A stretch of DNA of 64,000 bases from Bdellovibrionales bacterium (GTDB lineage: Bacteria > Bdellovibrionota > Bdellovibrionia > Bdellovibrionales > UBA1609), in assembly GCA_965219095.1 (NCBI GenBank), contig CBDCMT010000001.1, forward strand, positions 992,001 to 1,056,000, in the 5' to 3' direction. Positions 1 through 10,064 of this stretch are shown piece after piece. How positions within the stretch are numbered: the stretch's first letter is position 1; each line of letters begins with the position of its first letter. The position numbers and the translations under genes are program-made. The notes under the pieces were generated by a model. It was given only the letters and a program-made list of their open reading frames with translations. It ran no database searches and was not told the origin of the DNA.

Positions 1-1300
1 TGCAAAAATCTCTTGGCCAATACTCCAATGAAATATTAAGCATGGTCTATGCTCACTGTTTAGATTACAAAAGCCTTAGAAAAATGCCAAAATGGTATGA
101 GAGAACAGATTTAAACACTTTGCTAAATTTAGAGGATCTAACCGAAAGTCGTTTGCTTTCTGCTCTAGATTCTTTAGAGAGTGATCCAGAAAATTTACAG
201 AAGAAAATATTTCAAGGTGTTCAGAAAAGGTACAATCTTGAGCTAAAAGGGTTGGTGTACGATGTTACCAATACATACCTTTATGGTAGCAAATGTCAGC
301 TTGGAAAATTAGGAAAGAGTAAGGATGGGAAACGTGGAAATCCTTTGATTCAAATTGGTTTGGTGACAACTCAAAAAGAAAGAATACCAGTGTTTCATAA
401 AACTTTTAGTGGAAACATACACGATAGCAGGACTCTACTAAGTTTATCCGATGGATTTGCAAACTATGGACTAAGTGGAGGAATGTTTGTTTACGACAGA
501 GGCATTTTTTCAGAGAGAAACCTCAATGAAATCAATGATTTGGGCTGGAATACGCTTTGTGGGATTGCTCTCAGAAAAAAAGAGAAGGATTTGATTAGAA
601 AAATGATAAGGCTAGACTCTATTGTTGATGTATCCCATCGCATCAGGTTATCAAGTGGTACCTTGTATGCTCAGAGCATTAATCACAATGTTGGAAAAAT
701 CAAAGGACGTTTAGTTGTTTGTTACAATCAAAGGAGAGCTTTAGATATAAGAGAATCTCGTTTGGACGAAATTGCAAACGCACAAATTCTTTTGTCTAAA
801 AATATAAAACCAGGTTTGGAAAAATACCTTACTCCAACAGGAAGATTAAGGAGAGATCGGTTGAATTTAGAATCTGAGTTTGATGGTTACTCTTGTATAT
901 TTTCTACAAAAAAGATCTCTGCAAAAGATATTGTTAATTTGTACTATAAGAAAGAGGTAATCGAAAAATTTTTTAGGACCTTAAAGGGAATAACAAATTT
1001 GAGACCAATTCGTCATTGGCTTTACAACAGAGTTCAATCACATGTCTTTATATGCTATTTATCTTGTCTGATACTTTCAATTCTAAAAATGAAGCTTGAA
1101 AAGATGCAGATGTCTCCAGAGGAAGCTCTTGAAGAACTCGGTAGCATGTATAATGTCTATCTTTATGACCGAAAATAAAACTAGACTTATCAAAACAGTA
1201 GCTTTGAATAAAGTTCAAGAAAAAATACTAAGATTTATTGGAAAAAGTCTTGTCAAAAAAACGTCCGTCTGTAGTGTACATTTTTGAGCACGAACTCAGG
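1..1300 (+). mobile_element. IS1634-family element (left part outside window)
   Basis: Transposase with YDVTNTY, LIQIGL, VYDRG and RPIRHW motifs. Right end gtagtgtacatttttgagcacgaactcagg (1271-1300) resembles the terminal IR of the second IS1634 at 26206-26235. Confidence 0.85.
42..1287 (+). pseudogene. IS1634-family DDE transposase, 5' partial, frameshifted near 1170
   Basis: ORF 42-1178 continues in another frame (KTVALNKVQEKIL...VHF, to 1287), matching the C-terminus of the copy at 23030-26089. Confidence 0.8.
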
Positions 1301-1540
1301 TTAATTACTATATAGAGTAACGGACTGCTCTAAAAAATTCAACTAAAAAATTTTGCATTGTAATTTTTACATATGATTTTAAAATTTTTATACCTCACAG
1401 CTAAACCACAGCATTCAAGCACTTACTTCCTAATACTTTATAGATACTGATTGCACTTCAAAATCCACATATAGAGAGTGGGGTCTAGTTTTTGTTGAAA
1501 TGTCTTGATAACACAGAGTTTTATGTAAACAATATTTTTT

Positions 1541-2135
1541 ATGGGAGCCTTGTTATCAAAAAAAAAGCGTCAAGAGCTTTTATCAGCATTAAAGTGAGAA
1601 GATAAGAAAAGATATGCTTATCGGCTCCATATCATTCTTCTGTTAGATGATGGTTATAGTCAGCGATAAGATATCGGAACTATTTTTTCTTGATCCAGGT
1701 TCTATTAACCGTAAGTCGGTTTTTTAACAGCCCTTGACTCCTATAAGAAGATGTTTCTTAGATTTTAAAGGAGAAGTTTTTATTGATCTTGTTGTAAAAC
1801 AAGCTTGAACAAGCCTGTAAGACGTTTTCCTAAGATCTTCCCCGTTACAAAAGTATTAGAGATAGAATAATTCTTAGTTTTTTTTCGTATTGTGATTTTC
1901 TTTGTGCTTTATTTTTTAAGAACCCCCCTCCTTATAGGAGTCAAGGGCTGTCAGACAACCGAGTTACTATTAACCGATGGCTTCAGAAGTATAAAGAAGG
2001 AGGAATAGACCTTTTAATAGCAGCTTCCTATGAGAATAGCACTAAACGTTCTAAGCTTTCTCTTAAAGAGGAAAAAGCCCTTTCGTCCCATTTGAGTAAG
2101 AATCTTTATCATAAGGCCAAGGACATTGCTGTGTA
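1541..2135 (+). pseudogene. Degenerate IS630-family transposase N-terminal fragment
   Basis: Reads MGALLSKKKRQELLSALK*EDKKRYAYRLHIILLLDDG, similar to the N-terminus of the intact IS630 transposase at 32005. Has stops and is interrupted by the MITE at 1711-1967. Confidence 0.75.
1711..1967. mobile_element. 257-bp non-autonomous IS66-derived MITE
   Basis: Ends gtaagtcggttttttaacagccc / gggctgtcagacaaccgagttac. Body is the reverse complement of the IS66 right end (6001-6211). 8-bp TSD tattaacc at 1703-1710 and 1968-1975. Confidence 0.9.
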
Positions 2136-2209
2136 TATAGTGAATACGCTTAGATTTTCCTGTCGATTCTCTAGAGAAAAAACTTGAAAACCTAAACGGA
2201 AGCACTATA
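2136..2209. mobile_element. Miniature IS630-end element (about 70 bp)
   Basis: Right end gaaaacctaaacggaagcactata is identical to the IS630 right IR at 33020-33043. Left end tatagtgaatacgcttagattttcc resembles the IS630 left IR. TA at both ends. Confidence 0.75.
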
Positions 2210-2466
2210 TAGTATTGCTCTTAGCTCTCAGGCCTCATTTCTTTTAATTTGAAATAAAAAGTTCAATAAGAACCTTGTTTATAATATATGTTATATGTTA
2301 TGCTATATGCCATGTTTAGATGTTAAGATTTCCTCTAAAAAGGAGATGTTTCATCAGAAAAAAAAGATTCTCTTTGGATCTAAAAGTAGAACCTTAGAGT
2401 AATAAAAGGTGTAAGGATTTTCTATCTTGATATCTTTTATAGATTTATAGATAGGAGAAGAGAAAA

Positions 2467-3366
2467 ATGAAATATTTACTATTTTTTTTGTTTTATACAT
2501 CGCTTTTGACGTTAAGAGCAGAGACAGCTTTAGTTCAAAAAATTCTAGTAGAAAAAGGAGATGTCCTTACATATCCTTCAGATCTTAAACCGGTTAAAAT
2601 AGAAGCTTTCATGAATGGTTGGTTTTATGCTTGTGCAATTATGCCGGGAGATTTTTTTGAAATAACTTCAATTCTTAATTATCAAGGAAATAGCAGAAGT
2701 GAAATGTCTATCAAAAAAATAGGAGGAGCACCTGGAGATCAAAAAATCTGTCCTATAGGTAGCCTTATTGACCATGGACTACAAGGAACATATGAGAAAA
2801 TCAGAACAACAAAACTAGGAGATTTTCCTAGAGTGGTTAATAAGCTTTTTTATCCCTTTATTTTTGTATCTGAGAATTTAGAAAGAGTTCAAGAAAGAAA
2901 AAATTATCCTAAACTGGAAAATATAACTTTATCAAATTCTGAAACTATCATGTTTCTTAGAGAAGATAGCATCATTAAATATCCTCTGAATGCACCTTTT
3001 AGAAAAGTGATAATTACATCTTTTTTTTCTTCTTTTCATTGCACTGTAGCTCCAGGGGATTCTTTTAAAGTGGTACACATTATTGAATCTTTACAAAAGG
3101 GTGGTGCTTCAGTAAGTCTTGAAAAAACAGAAAGAACATCTGAGGAGCATGGAATTTGCCCTAAAAAAAGTGAGATAACTATCGATATAATACCATGTGA
3201 ATTAATAAAAACGAAAGAAGGTGTTCCGGAAGGTGTAAACTGCAAACTTTCTTTTGGAAAACTTTTTAATTCAGTTGATAAAGGTGATTTTAATAATGAA
3301 GAAATTCTTAAAATTCCTTCATATGATCCTGTAAATGCACCTTTAGATGATTCTTTAGATTGGTAA
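2467..3366 (+). CDS. Secreted hypothetical protein with an internally duplicated Cys-containing domain
   Basis: RBS aggag, N-terminal signal peptide, and two similar blocks (YP...C.(I/V).PGD.F...ICP..S). Confidence 0.75.
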   Translation: MKYLLFFLFYTSLLTLRAETALVQKILVEKGDVLTYPSDLKPVKIEAFMNGWFYACAIMPGDFFEITSILNYQGNSRSEMSIKKIGGAPGDQKICPIGSLIDHGLQGTYEKIRTTKLGDFPRVVNKLFYPFIFVSENLERVQERKNYPKLENITLSNSETIMFLREDSIIKYPLNAPFRKVIITSFFSSFHCTVAPGDSFKVVHIIESLQKGGASVSLEKTERTSEEHGICPKKSEITIDIIPCELIKTKEGVPEGVNCKLSFGKLFNSVDKGDFNNEEILKIPSYDPVNAPLDDSLDW

Positions 3367-3480
3367 AACCAACCATTCAAAAAATACAAAATCAAAGATA
3401 GATTCAATCGAAGAGAATATCCGTAATCCCCTTAAATTTTCAGAAAAGACACTTTCATAATTGGTATTAGTACTACTTTG

Positions 3481-3642
3481 GCAAGTGAATTAAATTGTGT
3501 AACTGGCTTTAAATGAATTTTCAAAGAAGTGGTCTCTTAAGTATCCTAGCATAGAAAAGTCTTAGGGAACTCACTGGGATAATTTAATTTACAAGATCCG
3601 TGTTTTATATTTAATTTACAGGCTCCTCTGATTTACAGGCTC
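3481..3642. repeat. Cluster of IS256-like terminal repeat remnants
   Basis: aattaaattgtgtaactg plus three inverted (atttaa)tttacaggctc/tttacaagatc copies. A related end gagcttgtaaattaaattgtgtaactg lies at about 27079-27106. Family assignment is from recollection of IS256 ends. Confidence 0.5.
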
Positions 3643-3860
3643 AAAGTTCATGATTTTCTTAGGGATTAAAAAAACTTTTCTCGAATGACATCAAAAAAAT
3701 CATAAAAATACTTTTTTACGTTCGACTAACCTAGACTTTTGGCAATTTTTCACGTTCGACTAACTAAAGAAAGAGTAAAAAGGCGAGCAGGTTTAGATAA
3801 AACGTAACTCGGTTATCTGACCGCCCTATCTGAGTTTAAATTTCTCTTATAAGTTTTTCT

Positions 3861-3908
3861 GCCTCCTCAAAAGAACCTCCGGGAACCCACAGATTCTTTT
3901 GAGGAGGC
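3861..3908. mobile_element. 48-bp ISL3-end miniature (two right ends, inverted)
   Basis: gcctcctcaaaagaa-cctccgggaacccacagattcttttgaggaggc is built entirely from the ISL3 right end seen at 25586-25621. Confidence 0.85.
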
Positions 3909-4213
3909 AAAAAAGAAGATACAGCTTTGTCGAGAGAAGAATTCCAACAAGAAGCTTATACGCTACCCAGAAGCACTTAAAAGAGAGATTCTAGATTTTT
4001 TGAAAGAAGGAAAGGTTTCTAAATTTTGTAAAGAAGCAAAAGTCAGCCTCTCTACAATCAATAACTGGAAGAAGTCTTATGTTTAACAGTTTCTCACAAG
4101 AAGTCTCTTTTTAAGGCCGTTTCTTTGAAAAAGGAAAAGTCATATGAGGATAAGAAGGTCTTAGTCTTAAAGGGTCTAAATTGGGAAGAGGTTTTAGAAT
4201 TAGTGAGGAGTTT

Positions 4214-4543
4214 ATGATTTTTTTATCTGAAGGCTATCGTATTTTTGTCTACTCTCAAAAGATAGACATGCGATGGAGTTTTGAGAGGTTGAGTTATCTG
4301 GTGAGAAGTGAGATGGAAGGAGAGATCAACTTAAGAGATCTTTATCTCTTTCTAGGTTTTAACAGAAAGAGATTAAAAGGTCTGTTCTATGATGGGAGTG
4401 GTCTTGTTTTACTAACAAAGAGGATGGAGAAAGAAAGGTTTATGAGTTTAAGTGATTTAAGTTCTCCCGAGTTAACAAGGAGTGAATTGAATCTTTTAGT
4501 TCATGGTTCGATTTTAAGAAAGTACGAGCTTAAGAAAAGATAA
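4214..4543 (+). CDS. tnpB: IS66 accessory protein TnpB (orf2)
   Basis: IDMRWSFERL, LYLFLG and LFYDGSGLVLLTKRME match IS66 TnpB motifs. RBS gaggag before ATG 4214. Confidence 0.85.
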   Translation: MIFLSEGYRIFVYSQKIDMRWSFERLSYLVRSEMEGEINLRDLYLFLGFNRKRLKGLFYDGSGLVLLTKRMEKERFMSLSDLSSPELTRSELNLLVHGSILRKYELKKR

Positions 4544-4732
4544 TTTTTTTAGATTATTTTTTTAAATTTTTTTTATTTTTTTTTAAAAAAAAGCTTGCAA
4601 AACAAAAAAAGACGTGTTGACATTAATGTATGCAGATGAGTCTTTTTCCCCATTTAAAAAAAAAGCGAAAACCCTGAATATAAATATCTTCCTTCGTTTA
4701 TTCGAGAGGAAAAAGATCTGGAAAATGTAAAG

Positions 4733-6008
4733 TTGATTTTCAATGAATTCATTCATCTTTATAAAAAAGAAAATAAGCGTTTAGAAAGAGAGTTAAATGA
4801 GCTTAAGAAGAAAAAAGCTCAAGAAGATCAATTAAAGCTTTTTAATGATGATCTACTTAGTAAGTTCAAGAAAATAGTATTTGGAAAATCCAGTGAAAAA
4901 AAGAAAACTATCTTCTCGTAGTAGAAAGAAGCTTAAAAAGACAATTCTGCTTGAATCTGAGAGTTTAGTTCCTGCTCCTAAAGAAGAGGAGATGAAGAAT
5001 TTAGAAGAAATAAAAGTAGATCATAAGCTCACAGACGAAGAACTTTCTGATATAGCACAGCAGTATGGTTATCCTAAGGACAGTGAGTGGGAGGAATTAA
5101 AGATTCAAGACGTGTCAGGAGAGCTTGATGTTCATGTAAAAAGCTATGTAAGAAAAAAGCATCGTCTTTACAAGTATGAACTTCCCCAAAAAAGTGGACA
5201 GTTTTTTGGGGGAAGATCAAAAGAGGAGCTTCTTAAACTAGACAGAACGATTCATATTGATGAAACTCCATGGCCTATTAATAATTCACATCAAAAGGAC
5301 GGCTACATGTTTGTTATAAGTCATCAGGGAGGAAGTTTTTATTACTTTAGTGAGAGCCGTTCAGCTTGTTCTGTTAAAGAACTCTTGGGGTCTTATAAGG
5401 GGCCTATTTTAACAGATGGCTACGCTAGTTATAAAACACATTTTAAGGGTGAAAAGGGAATTGATCTTGCTTTTTTTTGGTCTCATGCGAGAAAAAAGTT
5501 TATTGACATAGAACAGAATTACCCTGAGGAGTATGGAAAAGTATTAAAGCTTATGGGGGAGATTTTTAAAGTTGAATCAAAAGCAAAAACTTATGAAGAG
5601 TTCAAAAGTTTAAGACAAACAGAATCAAAGGATTTAGTTCTTAAACTCCAGGATCTGTATTATGAGCTTTATGGAAAAGCTCGTCCTGAGAGTGGGTTAA
5701 AAAAGGCTATTGATTATAGCTTTAACCATTGGGATGGCTTAAATTTATTTTTAGAAAATGAGAAAATTCCTATGACAAACAATGAAGCAGAAAGAACGAT
5801 TCGGCATTCTGTGATGGGAAGAAAGAACTTTCATGGGTCAAGGACTCAGAGAGGAGTTGAAACAGCATCAGTACTTTACAGTATTGTGGAAAGTTGTAAG
5901 AAGGTGGAATTAGATCCTAAGGACTATATTTTAATGGTTGTGGGAAACTCCCTCGATAAGATACCTATTAAAACGCCTTTTGAGTATACAAGTGAGCTTC
6001 GTTCTTAA
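4733..6008 (+). pseudogene. tnpC: IS66 transposase TnpC, frameshifted with an internal deletion
   Basis: FGKSSEK, IHIDET, LTDGY, WSHARKKF and TNNEAERTIR motifs split over ORFs 4733-4921 and 4881-6008. The region between the zinc-finger-like segment and IHIDET is replaced by a 43-bp IS end hairpin. Confidence 0.85.
5177..5219. mobile_element. 43-bp TG...CA IS3-family-like miniature or scar
   Basis: tgaacttccccaaaaaa-gtggacag-ttttttgggggaagatca is an imperfect palindrome with IS3-type TG/CA ends. Confidence 0.65.
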
Positions 6009-6455
6009 AGAATAAAGCACAAAAAAAATCAAAATTACGAAAAAAAACTAAGAATTATTCTAAAGAACTTCTCTAATACTTTTGTAACGGGGAAGGCCTT
6101 AGAGAAATGTTTTACAGGTTCATTTTACAACAAGATCAATAAAAATTTCTCCTTTAAAATCTAAGAAATATCCTCCTTCATAGGACAAGGGCTGTTAAAA
6201 AACCGACTTACGATAAAACTAACCTGCCTTAAATGGCTATGAATTCAGGGTACTGTATTTAAAAAAGATTACATAAAAGCAATTCGGTTTTTAAGTCGCC
6301 CTTAATTTATGCTGACTACACTTCAAAAATCTCCTTTTTATTTAGCTAGAAAAAGGGAATTTTTGAGTAACTCGGTTTAAAAACTGAATTACAAACAAAC
6401 TCTAAATTTCACCGGAAAACCTAAAAGTACTGTCGCTGTATTTATGAACTGCTTA

Positions 6456-7553
6456 TTAAGCCACTCTTTTTGAACTCATTTTAAAAATCAAAACAATAAG
6501 GATAGAATTTGCTATCCAAGAAAAAATACCAGAGGGAAGGAGAACTTGTTTTTGAGAAGCACCTGTGGATAGTACATGAAGAATCCAATAACCTGCTGTG
6601 AGACTCAGGGCTAAAGTTAAAGGATTGTAACCTGTTTTTGAATTATTTCGAATACCTATGAGACTACCTAGAAGAGCTAAAAGGAGACAAGAAAAGGGCA
6701 GTGCAAAACGCTCTTGTATAAGAGAACGCCATTTTTGTTTTTCTAAAAGTTTATTTGTTTTTTTAAGTTTACTTTTTAATTGTCTATAAGTATAGGTATT
6801 GAGGTTCTTTTTACTTTCTTTTTGTGAATGAAAAAGAAGATTCATTTCATAGCTGTCAAAATGAGCTTTCATATAGTTGCTATTTTGAATTCTATGAAAG
6901 CTTCCCTTATAAAGTTTTAATAAAGGTATAGTCTGATTTTTAAGTTTTATAAACTCACCAGATTTTGCCAGTACAGTAATAGAATCTCCAGACTCTCTTT
7001 CATCTTTAATGAAAATATTTTCTATTTTATTCTTTTTGGAATCACTGTCCTCTACATAAATGGTTAAATTCTCAAAATTTTTTATAAAAATTCCCTTCTG
7101 TATGAGAGTACTCATTTTAGAAATACGAATCTCCTCCTTTGTTTGTTGTAGATTGACCTCAGCTAAAGGGCTTAAATATAGATTGAACTGAAAATGAAGC
7201 CACATTGTTAAAAATCCTAAGACTATAGCAGGGCTTAACAGATCTTTCTTCCTAAATCCTAGAGAACTAAAAGCTATAACTTCGTTCTTAAGTGACAGCT
7301 TTGAGTAAGTTGTTAAACTTGCTAAGACACTAGATATAGGTAACATAAAGGGTGTCGCTTTAAAAATAAGGTCTTTTACCATTTCTAAAATTGTTAAAAA
7401 AGAAACTTCGTAAATAAGAAAAAATTCAATCAGTTGAATCAAGTCAAACATAAGAAGTATAAATAAGAAAAGAATACAAGAAATCAAAAAAGAGATAAAG
7501 AGATCTAAGAAAATATAAAAAAATATTCTTTCATTTTTAAAAAATGTCATCAT
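6456..7553 (-). CDS. lptF: LptF/LptG-family LPS export permease
   Basis: Three TM helices, LSLKNEVIAFSSLG motif, periplasmic beta domain, QERFALPFSC, then three more TM helices. Confidence 0.8.
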   Translation of the reverse strand: MMTFFKNERIFFYIFLDLFISFLISCILFLFILLMFDLIQLIEFFLIYEVSFLTILEMVKDLIFKATPFMLPISSVLASLTTYSKLSLKNEVIAFSSLGFRKKDLLSPAIVLGFLTMWLHFQFNLYLSPLAEVNLQQTKEEIRISKMSTLIQKGIFIKNFENLTIYVEDSDSKKNKIENIFIKDERESGDSITVLAKSGEFIKLKNQTIPLLKLYKGSFHRIQNSNYMKAHFDSYEMNLLFHSQKESKKNLNTYTYRQLKSKLKKTNKLLEKQKWRSLIQERFALPFSCLLLALLGSLIGIRNNSKTGYNPLTLALSLTAGYWILHVLSTGASQKQVLLPSGIFSWIANSILIVLIFKMSSKRVA

Positions 7554-7618
7554 TTTACTAATGATTATAGTTTAAAGAAAAGCTACAAAGAGGTCAAGGG
7601 TGTTTGACAGGGATTGAG

Positions 7619-9634
7619 TTAGGAACCTAATTTTTTATTAGTAAGCACCTTTTTGACAAAAGTCCCTAAATCTTCATCAAGTAGAGCTTTTATGGTAAAA
7701 GATTTCTCTTCTTTCCTTCCACAAATCTTGTCAATTTCTATTTCAGCTTCTTGAAAATCAGGCTGCAAAACAGAAGCTTTTTCAAAATTAATAAGAGCCT
7801 TGTCTTTATCTCTTTCAAGAAGTCCCATAAGTCCTTGTACATAGAGATAATAAGCATTATGCCTTTCTTCGTAGGGAATTTTTGCAAGATCATCGTAAAT
7901 ACTTCTTATAAAATGAGGGTATTTTTTAGGGTTTGCAAGACAGAGTTTTAATTTAGCCCAAACGAGATAAATCATATAGTCATTAGGAGGACTCTTTGAT
8001 TTTCCGATTTTCTCCAGACTTTCTAGAGCCTCTTCAAAACGAGTTTTCTTTAGTAAACTTTTACACTCATTCATTAAAGTTTCAGATTCTAAAATTTGTT
8101 TGAGCTTTATAATCTCTTGTCGTTTATCGTAGATTCGTCCATCTTTAGAACTTACTTTAATGGTTCTGTAAGATTCATTGATAACGTTAAATATATTTTT
8201 ATAAAGATCTAGAATTTTTTTAGGGGATTTACTGGGAGCTTTATCAGGATGAAAGCTTTGGCTCAATTGCTTGTAGCTCATATTGACTTGATCGAGAGAG
8301 GCTCTCTCTTTTAATCCAAAAATCTCATGAGCTTTTTTGTGTTTGATAGAGTTATAAATATGAGTCAATCTCTCATACTCCCTTTCATGGTCATCGAATG
8401 TACTCTCTTCGAGGCCTATAATTCCCACAGAAAGAAGCCCATAGATCCCTAATAAAAAATTTTCAGAGTTTTTATTTTTTTCTAAAAAATCGTTAAGGGA
8501 AAGGGGAAGTTTGGTTTTTTCTAATTTTTCATAAGTATCCTTTAAGAATTCTAGAGATTTGTAACGTTCAAAGAGATTCCAATCAACTCCCTTTGTAAGA
8601 TTGTAATTAATTTTCGAAGAAAAAAAGCTCTTTAACCATTCAACTTTAAATTTAGGTAAAGCGATATTTTTTAGAAAGTAAAAGTTGATCATGGATTCAT
8701 ATTTTTCTTTGAATTCTGGCAGAGTTGCAAGCATCTTATGGTAATCTTTCTGAGTTTCTCTTTTATAAAATTTTACAAAAATCTCTTTGTTTTCAAAAAT
8801 TTGACTAAAGCGAATTAAAAACTGCTCTCTATAAATAATACCAATAGCATGAGGACTTAGCATGTTAGCTTCAACAAGTCTTTGCCCAATCAAACCTATA
8901 TCTTGAGCGAATACTTCTGGGTTTTCCTTAAGAATTTGTCCCTTAATAAGGCTTTTTGATATGGCAATAGCAAGAAAGCGAGATTTTTCATTTTTTTCTA
9001 AATTCATTTTATAAAATAAGCCGTCTTTTAGAGAAGCACCTCCCACACTCTCTCCTTGAGAATTAGAAAACTCTAAGTACCCTGAAATTCCTAACTTTTG
9101 ACATTTATGAAAAATAAAAAAGATTTCAAAGCCATTTATTTTTTTAGGTCCAGATGTGTTTAAGACTTCAAGAAAGAGAGATTCCGTAATAAGTTCCTTT
9201 TTGTTAAATCCTAAGGCCGTTAAATCCTGATCTGTATTGTCTGCATTGGAGTTATTTTTATTTTTTATTTTGTGTTCACTTTTTTCTATGTAATGAATCA
9301 GATCATTATTAGAAAAGGGTTTTCTTAAAAACCCTACGGCATAACTCTTTCCCTTGTACATTTCAAAATTCTCCTTACTATAAACACCACTGATGAAAAT
9401 AATAGGTATGAATTGTTTTGTCTCTTTTTGTATTCTTTCAGCAAGTTTAAAGCCACTTTCCTTGGGTAAAAGGCAGTCTAAAATAGCAAGCTTATAGTTT
9501 TGAAAGATAATGTTCTTGAAAGCGGTTGTAGGATCACTAAAATAGTCAACTTCATAGCCGGATTCTCTTAAAAACCTTATAAAAGGGAGAGAGGCTTTTT
9601 TGGAATCGTCAATAAAGAGAATTTTTGGCTTCAC
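7619..9634 (-). CDS. Response regulator receiver + J domain + TPR protein
   Basis: REC motifs (IDD, ILD, ISG, KP), J domain with FHPDK, C-terminal TPR-like helices. Confidence 0.85.
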   Translation of the reverse strand: MKPKILFIDDSKKASLPFIRFLRESGYEVDYFSDPTTAFKNIIFQNYKLAILDCLLPKESGFKLAERIQKETKQFIPIIFISGVYSKENFEMYKGKSYAVGFLRKPFSNNDLIHYIEKSEHKIKNKNNSNADNTDQDLTALGFNKKELITESLFLEVLNTSGPKKINGFEIFFIFHKCQKLGISGYLEFSNSQGESVGGASLKDGLFYKMNLEKNEKSRFLAIAISKSLIKGQILKENPEVFAQDIGLIGQRLVEANMLSPHAIGIIYREQFLIRFSQIFENKEIFVKFYKRETQKDYHKMLATLPEFKEKYESMINFYFLKNIALPKFKVEWLKSFFSSKINYNLTKGVDWNLFERYKSLEFLKDTYEKLEKTKLPLSLNDFLEKNKNSENFLLGIYGLLSVGIIGLEESTFDDHEREYERLTHIYNSIKHKKAHEIFGLKERASLDQVNMSYKQLSQSFHPDKAPSKSPKKILDLYKNIFNVINESYRTIKVSSKDGRIYDKRQEIIKLKQILESETLMNECKSLLKKTRFEEALESLEKIGKSKSPPNDYMIYLVWAKLKLCLANPKKYPHFIRSIYDDLAKIPYEERHNAYYLYVQGLMGLLERDKDKALINFEKASVLQPDFQEAEIEIDKICGRKEEKSFTIKALLDEDLGTFVKKVLTNKKLGS

Positions 9635-9737
9635 AGTACAATTTCGGTATTTTTCTTGAATTTCTTAAGGTTTTGTGCTTTACTTTGGTCTAGTTCGGGT
9701 GTTTCTCCGAGCCATGACTATAGAAAGGAGTATAAAA

Positions 9738-10064
9738 ATGGCTATACAAAGTTTAACTGATGCAGAGTTTCAAAAAGAAGTGGTTCATTCTAAAAAGACT
9801 GTCCTCATTGATTTTTGGGCTGAATGGTGCGGGCCTTGCCGGGCTTTAGCTCCTAAAATCGAACAATTAGCAGAGCAGGTTCAGGATATTGAGGTGTTTA
9901 AAATCAATATCGATGAAAATCCAGAGGTAGCTTCACAATACGGTGTAAGAGGGATTCCTACTTTGCTTTTTTTTGATCAAGGCGAGCTAAAAGACAAGCT
10001 TGTAGGAAACCACAGTCTTGATAAATTAAAACAGTTTGTCCAAATCACTAAGGATTCAAAATAA
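9738..10064 (+). CDS. trxA: Thioredoxin
   Basis: DFWAEWCGPC and RGIPT motifs. RBS aaggag before ATG 9738. Confidence 0.95.
   Translation: MAIQSLTDAEFQKEVVHSKKTVLIDFWAEWCGPCRALAPKIEQLAEQVQDIEVFKINIDENPEVASQYGVRGIPTLLFFDQGELKDKLVGNHSLDKLKQFVQITKDSK

Larger units (their letters stand above)
3804..6211 (+). mobile_element. IS66-family element (tnpA-tnpB-tnpC type), degenerate
   Basis: GTAA...TTAC termini (gtaactcggttatctgacc / gctgttaaaaaaccgacttac). 8-bp TSD gataaaac at 3796-3803 and 6212-6219. Confidence 0.92.

Noticed and set aside
1096..1287. Conserved programmed frameshift at the IS1634 transposase C-terminus
   Set aside because: The second IS1634 has an in-frame TGA rather than a frameshift near this position, so these are independent lesions.
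4214..4543. RNA-guided TnpB nuclease
   Set aside because: This is the about 110-aa IS66 accessory TnpB, unrelated to IS200/IS605 TnpB. No RuvC motifs.
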